Positions 16,450 through 25,887 of a stretch of 64,000 bases of DNA are shown here, piece by piece. The notes under the pieces are model-generated. The model saw only the letters and a program-made list of their open reading frames with translations, was not told the DNA's origin and did not search any database. Source of the stretch: Candidatus Vogelbacteria bacterium (GTDB lineage Bacteria > Patescibacteriota > Minisyncoccia > Phycocordibacterales > JACRKE01); the NCBI GenBank assembly GCA_016215335.1, contig JACRKE010000037.1:2924-66923 (forward strand). Reading direction: 5' to 3'. Each line of letters begins with the position of its first letter. The stretch's first letter is position 1. The position numbers and the translations under genes were made by a program.

Positions 16450-18287
16450 ATTCTTTTAACGGCACCCCACATTCGCGGAGGCCATGTTACTACTGATGCC
16501 GGATTAATTAATAATTTTAGTGAAGCCACTACTCCGTAACCACTTTCCTTTGCTGCTTGAAACAATTTAGGAAGTTGCGTCATCTCTGCACCGCTCGAGA
16601 CGAATGTACCCACAGTACGTTCAACCTTGGCAACCAAACCCTCGTCAAACATATCATTCACTTTGAGTCTTGCTAAATCTCTACTAACCGCAGTCTCCTC
16701 ATGAATACTATCCAGCATATATGTTGCTGTTTGTAATTCAGCACTTGTGAGTTTCTTCTGGCCTTCAATTAGACTGCCAACCAATTCAGCTCGTTCTCGT
16801 TGTTCAATTTTATTCCTATCGCTCGTTGCGCCGGACATTTTGGTTCGCTCGCGGATTAGACTCACATTAGCTTCATGCGCGGCATGAATAAATCTAAGCC
16901 AGCCAGGGGAAATCGTTTGGTTGCCTATTTTTTCAAACTTAAAGCCTAAATTATCTGGGCTGCTCGCTATTTTTTTCACAGTTTCGAGTATTATGAGTCT
17001 TGGATCAGCCTCTCCATCTTCAAGCGCTCGCGGCTTTTTTGAAAATTCTTCCGCAGCTTCGATCATGCTATCAAGTCTTGAGACATCCGCACGGCTCGCG
17101 TTTTCTTCAATTAAACCTTTTATTCCACCGGCGACGAACATTGCCGCAGCTCCTCCGGCAACTGCACTAGGCCACCACGCCAGTGAGCCCGCAACGTCGG
17201 CAATTGTTTGTATTTTTGAGGCCACCATGCCCGCAATATCTGCTTGCGATCTACTCATCATCTCTGTGGCCTGATTCACCATTCTTGTCGCCCATTCGCC
17301 TATAATAGGCATCTGGCCTGCGGTTTGTCTTAGCGACTCCACAGAAGCAAGTTTGCTTTGAATAAAACTTGCAATATCTTGCAAGTGGGGAGCAGCTAAC
17401 TCTGTAAGCTTTGCGGCTGTAGCATTTACTGCTGCGATAGCACCCGCTTCTCCAACCAAATATCCACCAACGGCAGCGCTTGTACCGGCCACTCCGACAT
17501 TCTTTACGATCTTTCCAACTTTTGTGGTTAATACATACTCAACAATACTCATAACATCCTCACTGCTCGCGGCTTTGTTCATGAGTTTTACTGTCTCTGC
17601 GTCAAACAGTGGTAATCCATCCACCGAAATTTTCTCCAGTTTACCGACCAGATCAATCATGCCTTTCTCGCCATCATAAGTTCGCAGGATATCTTTTTTC
17701 AACCTGTCTATCTTCGCATTATGATCCACCGTTGTCGTAACCAAATCTCTGGGAGCTTGGGAAACCAGTTCAGTTTGTTCTCTCTGTGGCCTAAGAGATT
17801 CAACACCTTGGGGCGCTTCAGCTTTCATTCCTGTTTTTTGCTCTTGTCGAGCTCCTTCCGCCGGATGCTCTCTTTCTACAGCTTTGTTTGTCGCTTTTTC
17901 AAGCTCAATCCTTTGTCTGATCCTGTCCGCCACCGCCTTGAATCTGTCAGACTCTTTCGACACGTCCGGGGAAGAAACAGTTTCGGGAGTTTTTGTGTCT
18001 GATTTTTTTGGAGGCACAACTGAAGCCTCTGCGCTTTGCGCGGGCGCTTCCGATGCTTTTGTTCTCGCTTTTAATCTTTCGGGCCTCTGCTCGCGTAGTC
18101 GGCGTAATTTTGCAAACTCGTCTTCCTCTGCGCTGTCTGCTTTCACATTTGGCTGGTTGGATGCGGATAATATCTTTTTCACAGAGTCGTCTATGCCTGC
18201 CGGCATAGAGTCAGCAGGGGAGCGATCTTTTTCATCTTTTCTGCTTCGGCCACTTTGTTGTGTAAAATCTGGGATGTCTTGGCTCAT
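16437..18287 (-). CDS. Hypothetical protein with disordered N-terminus and Gly/Ala hydrophobic helices; candidate membrane-active effector
   Basis: VGVAGTSAAVGGYLVGEAGAIAAV and WWPSAVAGGAAAMFVAGGIKGL; no signal peptide. Confidence 0.7.
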   Translation of the reverse strand: MSQDIPDFTQQSGRSRKDEKDRSPADSMPAGIDDSVKKILSASNQPNVKADSAEEDEFAKLRRLREQRPERLKARTKASEAPAQSAEASVVPPKKSDTKTPETVSSPDVSKESDRFKAVADRIRQRIELEKATNKAVEREHPAEGARQEQKTGMKAEAPQGVESLRPQREQTELVSQAPRDLVTTTVDHNAKIDRLKKDILRTYDGEKGMIDLVGKLEKISVDGLPLFDAETVKLMNKAASSEDVMSIVEYVLTTKVGKIVKNVGVAGTSAAVGGYLVGEAGAIAAVNATAAKLTELAAPHLQDIASFIQSKLASVESLRQTAGQMPIIGEWATRMVNQATEMMSRSQADIAGMVASKIQTIADVAGSLAWWPSAVAGGAAAMFVAGGIKGLIEENASRADVSRLDSMIEAAEEFSKKPRALEDGEADPRLIILETVKKIASSPDNLGFKFEKIGNQTISPGWLRFIHAAHEANVSLIRERTKMSGATSDRNKIEQRERAELVGSLIEGQKKLTSAELQTATYMLDSIHEETAVSRDLARLKVNDMFDEGLVAKVERTVGTFVSSGAEMTQLPKLFQAAKESGYGVVASLKLLINPASVVTWPPRMWGAVKRIWNK

Positions 18288-18332
18288 GAGTATATATATG
18301 TGCTAAAGTATATCACGTGTGTTTAGGCAAAA

Positions 18333-20378
18333 ATGAACAACTTATCAACAACTAATTCTAACTTGAATGAGGCTCAGCAATCAGCTGCTAATCATAAAGA
18401 CGGGCCGCTTCTCATAATCGCGGGTGCTGGCGCAGGTAAAACCAAAACCATAGCCCATCGAATAGAGAATCTCGTGGCAGGAGGCATCCTTCCTCATAAA
18501 ATTCTAGCCGTAACCTTCACAAACAAAGCAGCAAAAGAGATGCGGGAACGGATTGAGAGATTACTCTCAGAGTCCAGAGGCAGGAACCAAGAGGTAAGAG
18601 CTGATACGGGCCCCACCACAACCTACAACCTACAACCTACAACCTTTCCGTTCGTTGCCACCTTCCACGGTCTCGGCGTTCAGATTATAAAAGAAAACGC
18701 GGGAATCTTCGGAACCACCAAATATTTCACTATTTTAGACAAAAGCGAGACCCTCTCACTCATTAAAAAAGCCCTAAAAGACAAGGGCTTTGATCCAAAA
18801 ATTGAGTCACCGGGGAGACTCCAAAACTTCATTTCAGGACAAAAGAACAAGCTTGTTTCGTATGTAGATTTCAAGAAACTCGAGCCCGAAAGCTATTTCT
18901 ATGAAGTAGCTGAAAAAGTGTGGGGGAGGTATGAACAGTCTCTGAATGAGCAAAAGTCGTTCGACTTTGACGACTTGATTTTGAAGCCAGTTCGTCTCTT
19001 TCGAGAGCATCCGGACATTCTCGAGCGCTATCAAGATCGCTGGACCTATATTCACATTGACGAATACCAAGACACCAACAAAGCGCAATATGAACTATCA
19101 CGGCTTCTTTCAGACAAACACAAAAACATTTGTGTCGTTGGAGACGCTGATCAAAGTGTGTACGGATGGAGGGGTGCAGACTTTAAAAATATTTTAGATT
19201 TCGAAGAAAACTTTCCGAATTCGACCGTAGTTTTACTTGAAGAAAATTATCGCTCTACCAAAATTATTCTCGACACCGCGAATGAGATAATAAAGAAGAA
19301 CAAACTGCGTAAAGAGAAAAATCTGTTCACACGGAAAACCGGTGGAGAAAAAATCTCTGTTTATGAAGCATTCGACGAAGCGGATGAAGCAAGAAATATT
19401 GCAAAAAACATCGATACTATTTTGAAATCAGGAGTAAAGCTGGAGGAGATTGCCGTTTTGTATCGTGCCAACTTTCAATCACGTGCAATCGAAGAAGCGC
19501 TTCTTTTGCGCGGAGTTCAGTATCAAGTGCTTGGTACGAAATTTTATGACAGAAAGGAGATCAAAGATACGATTGCGTTCGTGCGTGCGTCGATGAACGA
19601 AAAAGATTACGCGTCATGGGAAAGGATTATAAATGTGCCAGCCCGCGGAATAGGGGATGTAACATTCAATAAAATTATTTCGGGGAGACTCGCGGAATTA
19701 CCGCAAAAAATGCAAGAAAAAGTCAGAGATTTTGAAAGACAACTAGTACACTTTAGAGATTTTTTACTTGTAGATAAACTCTCCGAATCCATTAAAAAAA
19801 TTATACGAGAAAGTGGTATGGAAAAGATGTACACCGAAGGGTCAGAGGAAGATGAAGAACGCCTCGAAAACCTCAAAGAACTAGTTACCATAGCCACAAA
19901 ATACGATCTGTTTCCACCGGAAGAGGCTGTGGAACGGTTTCTCACCGATACCGGACTTATGTCGGATCAAGACAGTCTGAAGGAGCGAGGAGGGGGCGTA
20001 AAACTCATGACGATTCACGCGTCGAAGGGCCTAGAATTTCGACATGTTTTTGTTACAGGGCTTGAACAAGGTTTATTCCCGCACGAGCGTCTTGAAAGCT
20101 CGAGGTCAATGGAAGAAGAGAACGAGGAAGAGCGTAGACTTTTTTATGTTGCAGTTACGCGTGCAAAAGAAAAGTTGCACTTGTCGTACGCAATATGTCG
20201 AACAATTTTCGGAAACAGACGAACCAATTTACCATCAGAATATCTGGGAGATATTAGCGAGGACGTAATTGATTTAACAAGTGCAATGGGGAATAGCAGT
20301 GGTAGGCAGTACATGTATAGTGATCCAGAGGCAGGAGATGATGTTATACAGTGGGGATGTCTTGGGGGAGGAAAGTAG
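18333..20378 (+). CDS. pcrA: UvrD/PcrA superfamily 1 DNA helicase
   Basis: AGAGAGKT, VTFTNKAAKEM, DEYQDTN, VGDADQSVYGWRGA, LEENYRST, MTIHASKGLEF, EERRLFYVAVTRA. Confidence 0.96.
   Translation: MNNLSTTNSNLNEAQQSAANHKDGPLLIIAGAGAGKTKTIAHRIENLVAGGILPHKILAVTFTNKAAKEMRERIERLLSESRGRNQEVRADTGPTTTYNLQPTTFPFVATFHGLGVQIIKENAGIFGTTKYFTILDKSETLSLIKKALKDKGFDPKIESPGRLQNFISGQKNKLVSYVDFKKLEPESYFYEVAEKVWGRYEQSLNEQKSFDFDDLILKPVRLFREHPDILERYQDRWTYIHIDEYQDTNKAQYELSRLLSDKHKNICVVGDADQSVYGWRGADFKNILDFEENFPNSTVVLLEENYRSTKIILDTANEIIKKNKLRKEKNLFTRKTGGEKISVYEAFDEADEARNIAKNIDTILKSGVKLEEIAVLYRANFQSRAIEEALLLRGVQYQVLGTKFYDRKEIKDTIAFVRASMNEKDYASWERIINVPARGIGDVTFNKIISGRLAELPQKMQEKVRDFERQLVHFRDFLLVDKLSESIKKIIRESGMEKMYTEGSEEDEERLENLKELVTIATKYDLFPPEEAVERFLTDTGLMSDQDSLKERGGGVKLMTIHASKGLEFRHVFVTGLEQGLFPHERLESSRSMEEENEEERRLFYVAVTRAKEKLHLSYAICRTIFGNRRTNLPSEYLGDISEDVIDLTSAMGNSSGRQYMYSDPEAGDDVIQWGCLGGGK
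18568..18644. repeat. In-frame heptamer element inside pcrA
   Basis: cagagtc cagaggc aggaacc aagaggt aagagct .. caccaca (acctaca)x3; encodes SESRGRNQEVRADTGPTTTYNLQPTT. Confidence 0.75.
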
Positions 20379-20508
20379 TTAGTAGTTGGTAGATAGCCAC
20401 CGCATTTTGCGGGGCCCCGCCAGAGGCGATGGTAGCTAGCATGAAATACAAAAAAACAAAACTGAATGATGGGCCCCAACCAGCTACTAACCACCGACTA
20501 CTAACTAC
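20376..20508. repeat. Heptamer two-armed element spanning the pcrA stop and rsmA 5' end
   Basis: tagttag tagttgg tagatag ... ccagcta ctaacca ccgacta ctaacta. Confidence 0.7.
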
Positions 20509-21394
20509 GCATCCAAAACGCTCCCTAGGGCAAAATTTTTTAACTTCAGAAGCGGCTGTCGCGAAAATTGTTGCTGCGGGCGAAATCAAATCAGATGACA
20601 CTGTTCTTGAGATCGGTCCAGGGAGGGGAGTACTCACAAAAAAACTTCTATCCCTTGCTAGAAAAGTAATAGCGGTCGAAAAAGACGACGAGCTATTTGA
20701 ACTACTCCAAAATAAATTTGCCAAAGAAATCGAAACAGGAAGGTTGCAACTTGTGCATGAGGACATCTTGAAATTTGATGAATCTAACTACAACCTACTA
20801 ACTACAACCTACAACCTAATTTCAAACATTCCATACAACATTACAGGTGCGATCCTCCGTAAATTCTTAACATCAGAACACCAACCATCAACAATGGTTC
20901 TGCTCGTACAAAAAGAGGTGGCGGAAAGAATCGTTGCGCGTGACGGAAAAGAGAGTTTACTCTCCGTAAGTGTGAAGGTCTATGGAAATCCGCAATATAT
21001 AGCTACAGTTAAGGCCGGCAGCTTCTTCCCAGCTCCAAAAGTGGACTCGGCGATAATAAAAATAAGTGACATTTCCCGCGACTTTTTCACCCACATGGAA
21101 ACCGAGCTTCAAAATAAAATAACGTCTAAGAATAACGATTTTACAGAGGGTTCCCCTCTGTATGTGGATAAGTCTGACGTGGAAAGAGAGTTTTTTGAGT
21201 TTGTTTCGGCTGGGTTTGCTCACAAGCGCAAGCTTCTATCCCGGAATTTGGCAGGATATTTTGGAGACCAGGGAGAATGGCTTCAGGCGTGCACAATTGT
21301 AAAAATAAATCCCAAATCCAGGGCGGAAAACTTAAATATTGAAAATTGGAAAATACTCTTTAACTTATCCACAAAAAACCAGAAAAATCCTTAG
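20429..21394 (+). CDS. rsmA: 16S rRNA (adenine-N6)-dimethyltransferase RsmA/KsgA
   Basis: KRSLGQNFL, VLEIGPGRGVLT, ISNIPYNIT, QKEVAERI, FFPAPKVDSA. Confidence 0.96.
   Translation: MVASMKYKKTKLNDGPQPATNHRLLTTHPKRSLGQNFLTSEAAVAKIVAAGEIKSDDTVLEIGPGRGVLTKKLLSLARKVIAVEKDDELFELLQNKFAKEIETGRLQLVHEDILKFDESNYNLLTTTYNLISNIPYNITGAILRKFLTSEHQPSTMVLLVQKEVAERIVARDGKESLLSVSVKVYGNPQYIATVKAGSFFPAPKVDSAIIKISDISRDFFTHMETELQNKITSKNNDFTEGSPLYVDKSDVEREFFEFVSAGFAHKRKLLSRNLAGYFGDQGEWLQACTIVKINPKSRAENLNIENWKILFNLSTKNQKNP
20784..20818. repeat. In-frame heptamer array inside rsmA
   Basis: ctaacta caaccta ctaacta caaccta caaccta (NYNLLTTTYNL). Confidence 0.75.
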
Positions 21395-21434
21395 GTTTAG
21401 AGCCTTTTCGGTGATAAAATAGAGCTATTCTTAT

Positions 21435-22151
21435 ATGAAGAAAGAGCCGCAAAAAATGTGGCCGATATTTGCATTAGGAGCGGTGGTAGTTCTCGCCATC
21501 GTGCTTAAGATTTATACATGGATATTTTCAGGGGAGACCCTCCCGCCGGCTGAATACAAGGCAGTTGTTGGACCAGTGGGGACGAGCACTGGACTTGCTT
21601 TCAATATGGCCAACTGGCAAATCAATCCCTCCACCTCAAGCAACGAGTTTTCTAGTGTTGAGCCGATGAAAAACTTCACCGACAGCGACATTAAGAAAAC
21701 TTCCGATAATGGCAAGACGAGAATAAAAATGTACGCGACAGCTTTGAAATCAGCTCTGGCGCCGTATTCTGACCCCAAGCAGAAAAGTGCACCAGAAATA
21801 CTCATGAAAGTGTACGAAACGAACGACCCCGCCGAGCTTTCGAAACTTCTAGAAGCAAAAAATAATCACCAAACGGCACTGAACTCTCTACTTGCAATTG
21901 AAGTACCATCAGACATTGCGCGTTACCACTTAGTCTTAATCAATTCTGTAGGAAGATTACACTTTCTCGTAAATAATATGCTCAAAGTGGGGGACAAGCC
22001 AGTACTCGCGCTCACGAGCGCTAGAATCTTTGGCTCCGAAGTAAACAGATTCGCTGATGCTCTGACCGTTTTAAATAATGTTTTTTATAACAAAGGTTTA
22101 GTTTTCGAAGAGAAGGACGAGGTTAGGATTTATTTAACCGCCACCAAGTAA
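21435..22151 (+). CDS. Membrane-anchored hypothetical protein (first gene of the T4SS-associated cluster)
   Basis: N-terminal TM then helical domain (LLAIEVPSDIARYHLVLINS). Confidence 0.7.
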   Translation: MKKEPQKMWPIFALGAVVVLAIVLKIYTWIFSGETLPPAEYKAVVGPVGTSTGLAFNMANWQINPSTSSNEFSSVEPMKNFTDSDIKKTSDNGKTRIKMYATALKSALAPYSDPKQKSAPEILMKVYETNDPAELSKLLEAKNNHQTALNSLLAIEVPSDIARYHLVLINSVGRLHFLVNNMLKVGDKPVLALTSARIFGSEVNRFADALTVLNNVFYNKGLVFEEKDEVRIYLTATK

Positions 22152-22160
22152 CTTGCAGTT

Positions 22161-25100
22161 ATGAAACCTAAAGAGAATAGCGCAAAAACAGACAGACACC
22201 GAGAGAACGTAAAAAAATACGCTTTGGTGATTTTACTTACGTTCCCCCTACTCGCGCTTTATTTAAAATTTGACACCCCTAAGGTTTCAGCTAGCATAAT
22301 CGAAACCATACAGAATGGAATGACAAACTTTAATCAATCCGTGGGTAACGCAACCGGCGGAGGGAACAGTGCGACAGGAGCTTCGAATTCAGGGGTTGGT
22401 AAAGTATCTTGCTTTGAACAAACCGGTCTACCGATATCTGACAGCGAACTTGCGCCAAACAAGACTCCGAGCGCAACACCGGCAGATGGAGTTAAGGCTA
22501 CTGTTGGCGCAGTAAGAACTATCGGAGAGGGAGTTGCCGCCAGACTAAATCAGGCCGGACCGGGCATTGAAGCACTTGGCATTGTGGCATTTGGCTCTAG
22601 ACCAGCGAGCACAGCTATAGCTATGGGGTTACCACTCACGAATAAAACACTGGCCACAACCCAAGTTTCGACCATAGGAAACTTCGCCAGTCACAGCATA
22701 AGTAATGAGGCTATCAAAGTAGACGATTCAAAACCCATTCTGCCACATAGCTACTATTCCATTATGGAATCTCCGAAAGTTTTAGCGGTCGCAGTTATTT
22801 CTGATACAACAACCATATCGGAACAGATGTCTTTACTGCTTGGCGTAGTTACTGAAATCGGAAAGGAGATAAAAACATTAGGGGGAACTGCTCCGAACAA
22901 GACTGAATTCTTCCAAGGTACACAGATTATTTCGACTTCTCTCGACAATCTTTCTTCAATGTTTAGAGCTCAACCGACATCAGCCAACCGCAATTTAATT
23001 CAAAGTTCTATTACCGCTCTAACAGCATCCCTAAAAGAAACCCAAATCGCTCAAACTGATGTGAACCGCGCCCTTGCCGTAAGTGACTTGGTAATAAGGG
23101 GGGGCAATCTGCTTTCACAGATTGCTCAAGTACCCATTAGGCCGTCATCCGAGGAAATTGAATCCCTGCGTCTTTTCAATGAGAACGGTGCCACATTCAA
23201 TCAAAGCATGCAAAATATTTATGACCTAACAAATGACACTGGCAGTGGAATGCCGCTTGAAAATGCAGCCGTTTTAGCTGAAATCATAAAAATAGTTTCG
23301 GATGAATATTCGGTGGCACTCCAAACCGCAAGCGCCACAGGAAATTACAATAGCCCTGCGTTTCTCGAGGCCGCCAGACGAATGAAGGTTCTGACTGACA
23401 ACCTGACCACACTATCAAACAGGAATGTGAGTGATGATGTGGCCACAGGGGCCACCAATAACTTAATTAACGGGGGAATTATTTCCAGCAACCAAGGACC
23501 ATCAGCCCTAAGCGGTATGCAGGCAATCAATACAATCGCGCAAATGAGCGGTTCAGGGGGAGGAACACAGTCATTTACAAATATAAATAGAGCAATACAA
23601 CAGTCAGGAATGCTTTCATCGGGAGCCGGGGCCCAAATGGGCAACGCACTTCAAGCATTCGAACAAATCCAAAAGATTTTCAGTGGGAAGGGAGGGGCAA
23701 TGGGGATTCTTCAGGGCGTAAAACAGCTTAGTGGCATGTTTAGTGGTGGCTCAAGCTCAATCGGACGAGCGGTTTCCAATATGGGTTCTGGGGCAGGGGG
23801 AGGAGGACTGGGAGCGGGTGGTGGAAACACTCCGCCCCTGAACCCGTCGCCCGAGGAAGTCAATGGCCAAAGAATTGCCGCACGAGATTTGTCCGATAGC
23901 GCTGGCGGAGTGAAGGAAGACGCAGACGATGCCGGCGATAAAGCGGCGGAAGCGCCGGCGGCGGGCGAAGGTACCCCAGAAGCAGTCGACAAAAAAGGAG
24001 CAGAAAAAGAAGGCGGGGCCGGAACCGGTGGCACAAGCAAGAAAACACCTATCGCCGACAATCTGGGTGGTAGTGAAATCGGCGTACCAGTAAACGTGAA
24101 GAAAGGGACACCATATTTCAATATAGTGAAAAGCATTCGAGAGATTAGCTCGCAAGCGTGCGATTATCTCGCAGACATTGACCTTATCCAGCAACTCACG
24201 TGGGACAAGATTCACGTGCAAGACCCTAAAACTGTGAATGAGGTCGCAGAAGCGACCAAGAAAGCCGCCGAAGAATGGGAGAAGACAATGGCAGACAAGC
24301 GTAAATTGCCGGATGGTAATAAGGGCTCTTTCCGTCCAACATATGAACAGTTTGAGAAAGAGAACGTAACAGTAGCGGACGCGGCCGCCTATGACCGAGC
24401 TAAAAAAGCTTTCGAAAAAAACGCGTTCAAGGATGAACTCCAAAAAAAACTTGAAGCTGAAATGAAAAAAAGTGCCGACAAGGACGTAAGCTTTGAAAGC
24501 GTGCTCAAAATTGCGAAAGAGAAGCCGAAAGAAGGCAAAGATCAGAAAACGGCAAACGACTTTATCCAGGCTCACTCGCCCTACTTTGATCCAACCATAC
24601 TTTATGGCAAAGCCATAGAAATGGTAAAGGACACTAGAACAAAGAGGATAGAAGACGCGCAAGCCACATACCAAGGCAACTTGACAGTCCCGCCCCAAAC
24701 AAAATGCGAAGGCGCAGGAAGAAAGGTGAAAAATGCGCAAGGGAAAGAGATCTGTATACATCCTGAAATAGACGGTCCGGCAGGTGCGGTGCTTGCACTT
24801 ACTGATTACAGATGGAGGACTTCACCCATAGAACAGGCGGATTCGACGACCGGAACAAGCCAAAGAGACCACAAGGAAAGAGTGGCCGAGGCTCCAAAAG
24901 AACAGCTACCTGATTCCGGTATGCAGGATGGTGGCGACGACCGTGATCAGGATGGTAATCCCGGTGGAGACAATGACGACGGCGGCGGAAATGACGATGA
25001 CGGAGATGGAGGTGGAGACGATGGAGGAGATGATGGCGGAGGAGGAGGCGGAAATGGCGGGGGCGGTGAAGACTGGCTAAAAAAACTGCTCGAAATTTAT

Positions 25101-25886
25101 TGCAGAGCCAATCCGACAAGTCGAATATGTGGCGGAAATGGCGGCGGGGGCGGGGGAGATAATCCACCTGCTGAAGTCAAACCAGTCCTCGCACTATCAA
25201 GCACAAAAACAACGGTGAATGGTCTGCCAGCGGTAAGTTTGACATGGGCCGTGAACGGCGCAAGGTCGTGCCGAACCGATAACGCTTGGGTGAGTTACGG
25301 CAAAGGCGCGAGCGCATCGCTTACAAAAGAAAACTTGGTAACATCAGGTTCATCACTCCCGCCAAAATGCGGGAGTGGAAATGGGACATGCAGCCAAACG
25401 GTTTATGAGCCGGCGGTGTTTAAAGTGGCAGTATCGATCACATCGCCATCAGGCGTTCCGCGCGCCGACCAATCGCGCTCATTTGAAACATCACTCACGA
25501 TGGAACCGACGCTCAATCAGTCTTCCGGCAGTACGGTCTACCAAACAACTTCATTTAGGCCAAACTTAAGTGGTGTTGTCGCGGGAGACTCTGTTGTTCT
25601 AACCGTAAACGGATCCACGCTTAGAGGTGTAATCCCGGCAGGAACAGTAAGCGCTTCACTCGTCACCGATCTTATACGAGACGCTAAGAGCCTTCTCACT
25701 CCTACGAGCCCGGAGTATGAAACGTTTAATTCTCTCACTCTCTCGTCTCTAAACGAAATCCTCACTATTTCCGGAAGCACACGAAGCACGGCCACAATAC
25801 CCGCGAATACAGAATACAAAATGTCTTGCGAGAACAACGCGGGAGAGACCAAAGATTCCACAGTTTCAACAATAGCAACCCCATAG
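22161..25886 (+). CDS. Very large exported or membrane-anchored protein, T4SS-cluster associated
   Basis: 1241 aa; N-terminal TM/signal, helical region, Gly- and Gly/Asp-rich tracts, beta-rich C-terminus with paired Cys. Confidence 0.75.
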   Translation: MKPKENSAKTDRHRENVKKYALVILLTFPLLALYLKFDTPKVSASIIETIQNGMTNFNQSVGNATGGGNSATGASNSGVGKVSCFEQTGLPISDSELAPNKTPSATPADGVKATVGAVRTIGEGVAARLNQAGPGIEALGIVAFGSRPASTAIAMGLPLTNKTLATTQVSTIGNFASHSISNEAIKVDDSKPILPHSYYSIMESPKVLAVAVISDTTTISEQMSLLLGVVTEIGKEIKTLGGTAPNKTEFFQGTQIISTSLDNLSSMFRAQPTSANRNLIQSSITALTASLKETQIAQTDVNRALAVSDLVIRGGNLLSQIAQVPIRPSSEEIESLRLFNENGATFNQSMQNIYDLTNDTGSGMPLENAAVLAEIIKIVSDEYSVALQTASATGNYNSPAFLEAARRMKVLTDNLTTLSNRNVSDDVATGATNNLINGGIISSNQGPSALSGMQAINTIAQMSGSGGGTQSFTNINRAIQQSGMLSSGAGAQMGNALQAFEQIQKIFSGKGGAMGILQGVKQLSGMFSGGSSSIGRAVSNMGSGAGGGGLGAGGGNTPPLNPSPEEVNGQRIAARDLSDSAGGVKEDADDAGDKAAEAPAAGEGTPEAVDKKGAEKEGGAGTGGTSKKTPIADNLGGSEIGVPVNVKKGTPYFNIVKSIREISSQACDYLADIDLIQQLTWDKIHVQDPKTVNEVAEATKKAAEEWEKTMADKRKLPDGNKGSFRPTYEQFEKENVTVADAAAYDRAKKAFEKNAFKDELQKKLEAEMKKSADKDVSFESVLKIAKEKPKEGKDQKTANDFIQAHSPYFDPTILYGKAIEMVKDTRTKRIEDAQATYQGNLTVPPQTKCEGAGRKVKNAQGKEICIHPEIDGPAGAVLALTDYRWRTSPIEQADSTTGTSQRDHKERVAEAPKEQLPDSGMQDGGDDRDQDGNPGGDNDDGGGNDDDGDGGGDDGGDDGGGGGGNGGGGEDWLKKLLEIYCRANPTSRICGGNGGGGGGDNPPAEVKPVLALSSTKTTVNGLPAVSLTWAVNGARSCRTDNAWVSYGKGASASLTKENLVTSGSSLPPKCGSGNGTCSQTVYEPAVFKVAVSITSPSGVPRADQSRSFETSLTMEPTLNQSSGSTVYQTTSFRPNLSGVVAGDSVVLTVNGSTLRGVIPAGTVSASLVTDLIRDAKSLLTPTSPEYETFNSLTLSSLNEILTISGSTRSTATIPANTEYKMSCENNAGETKDSTVSTIATP

Positions 25887-25887
25887 A

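Noticed and set aside
23757-24761. 334-aa antisense ORF and similar shadow ORFs (e.g. 52729-53406)
   Set aside because: Antisense shadows of long real genes with biased codon usage; F/L/R-rich and not protein-like
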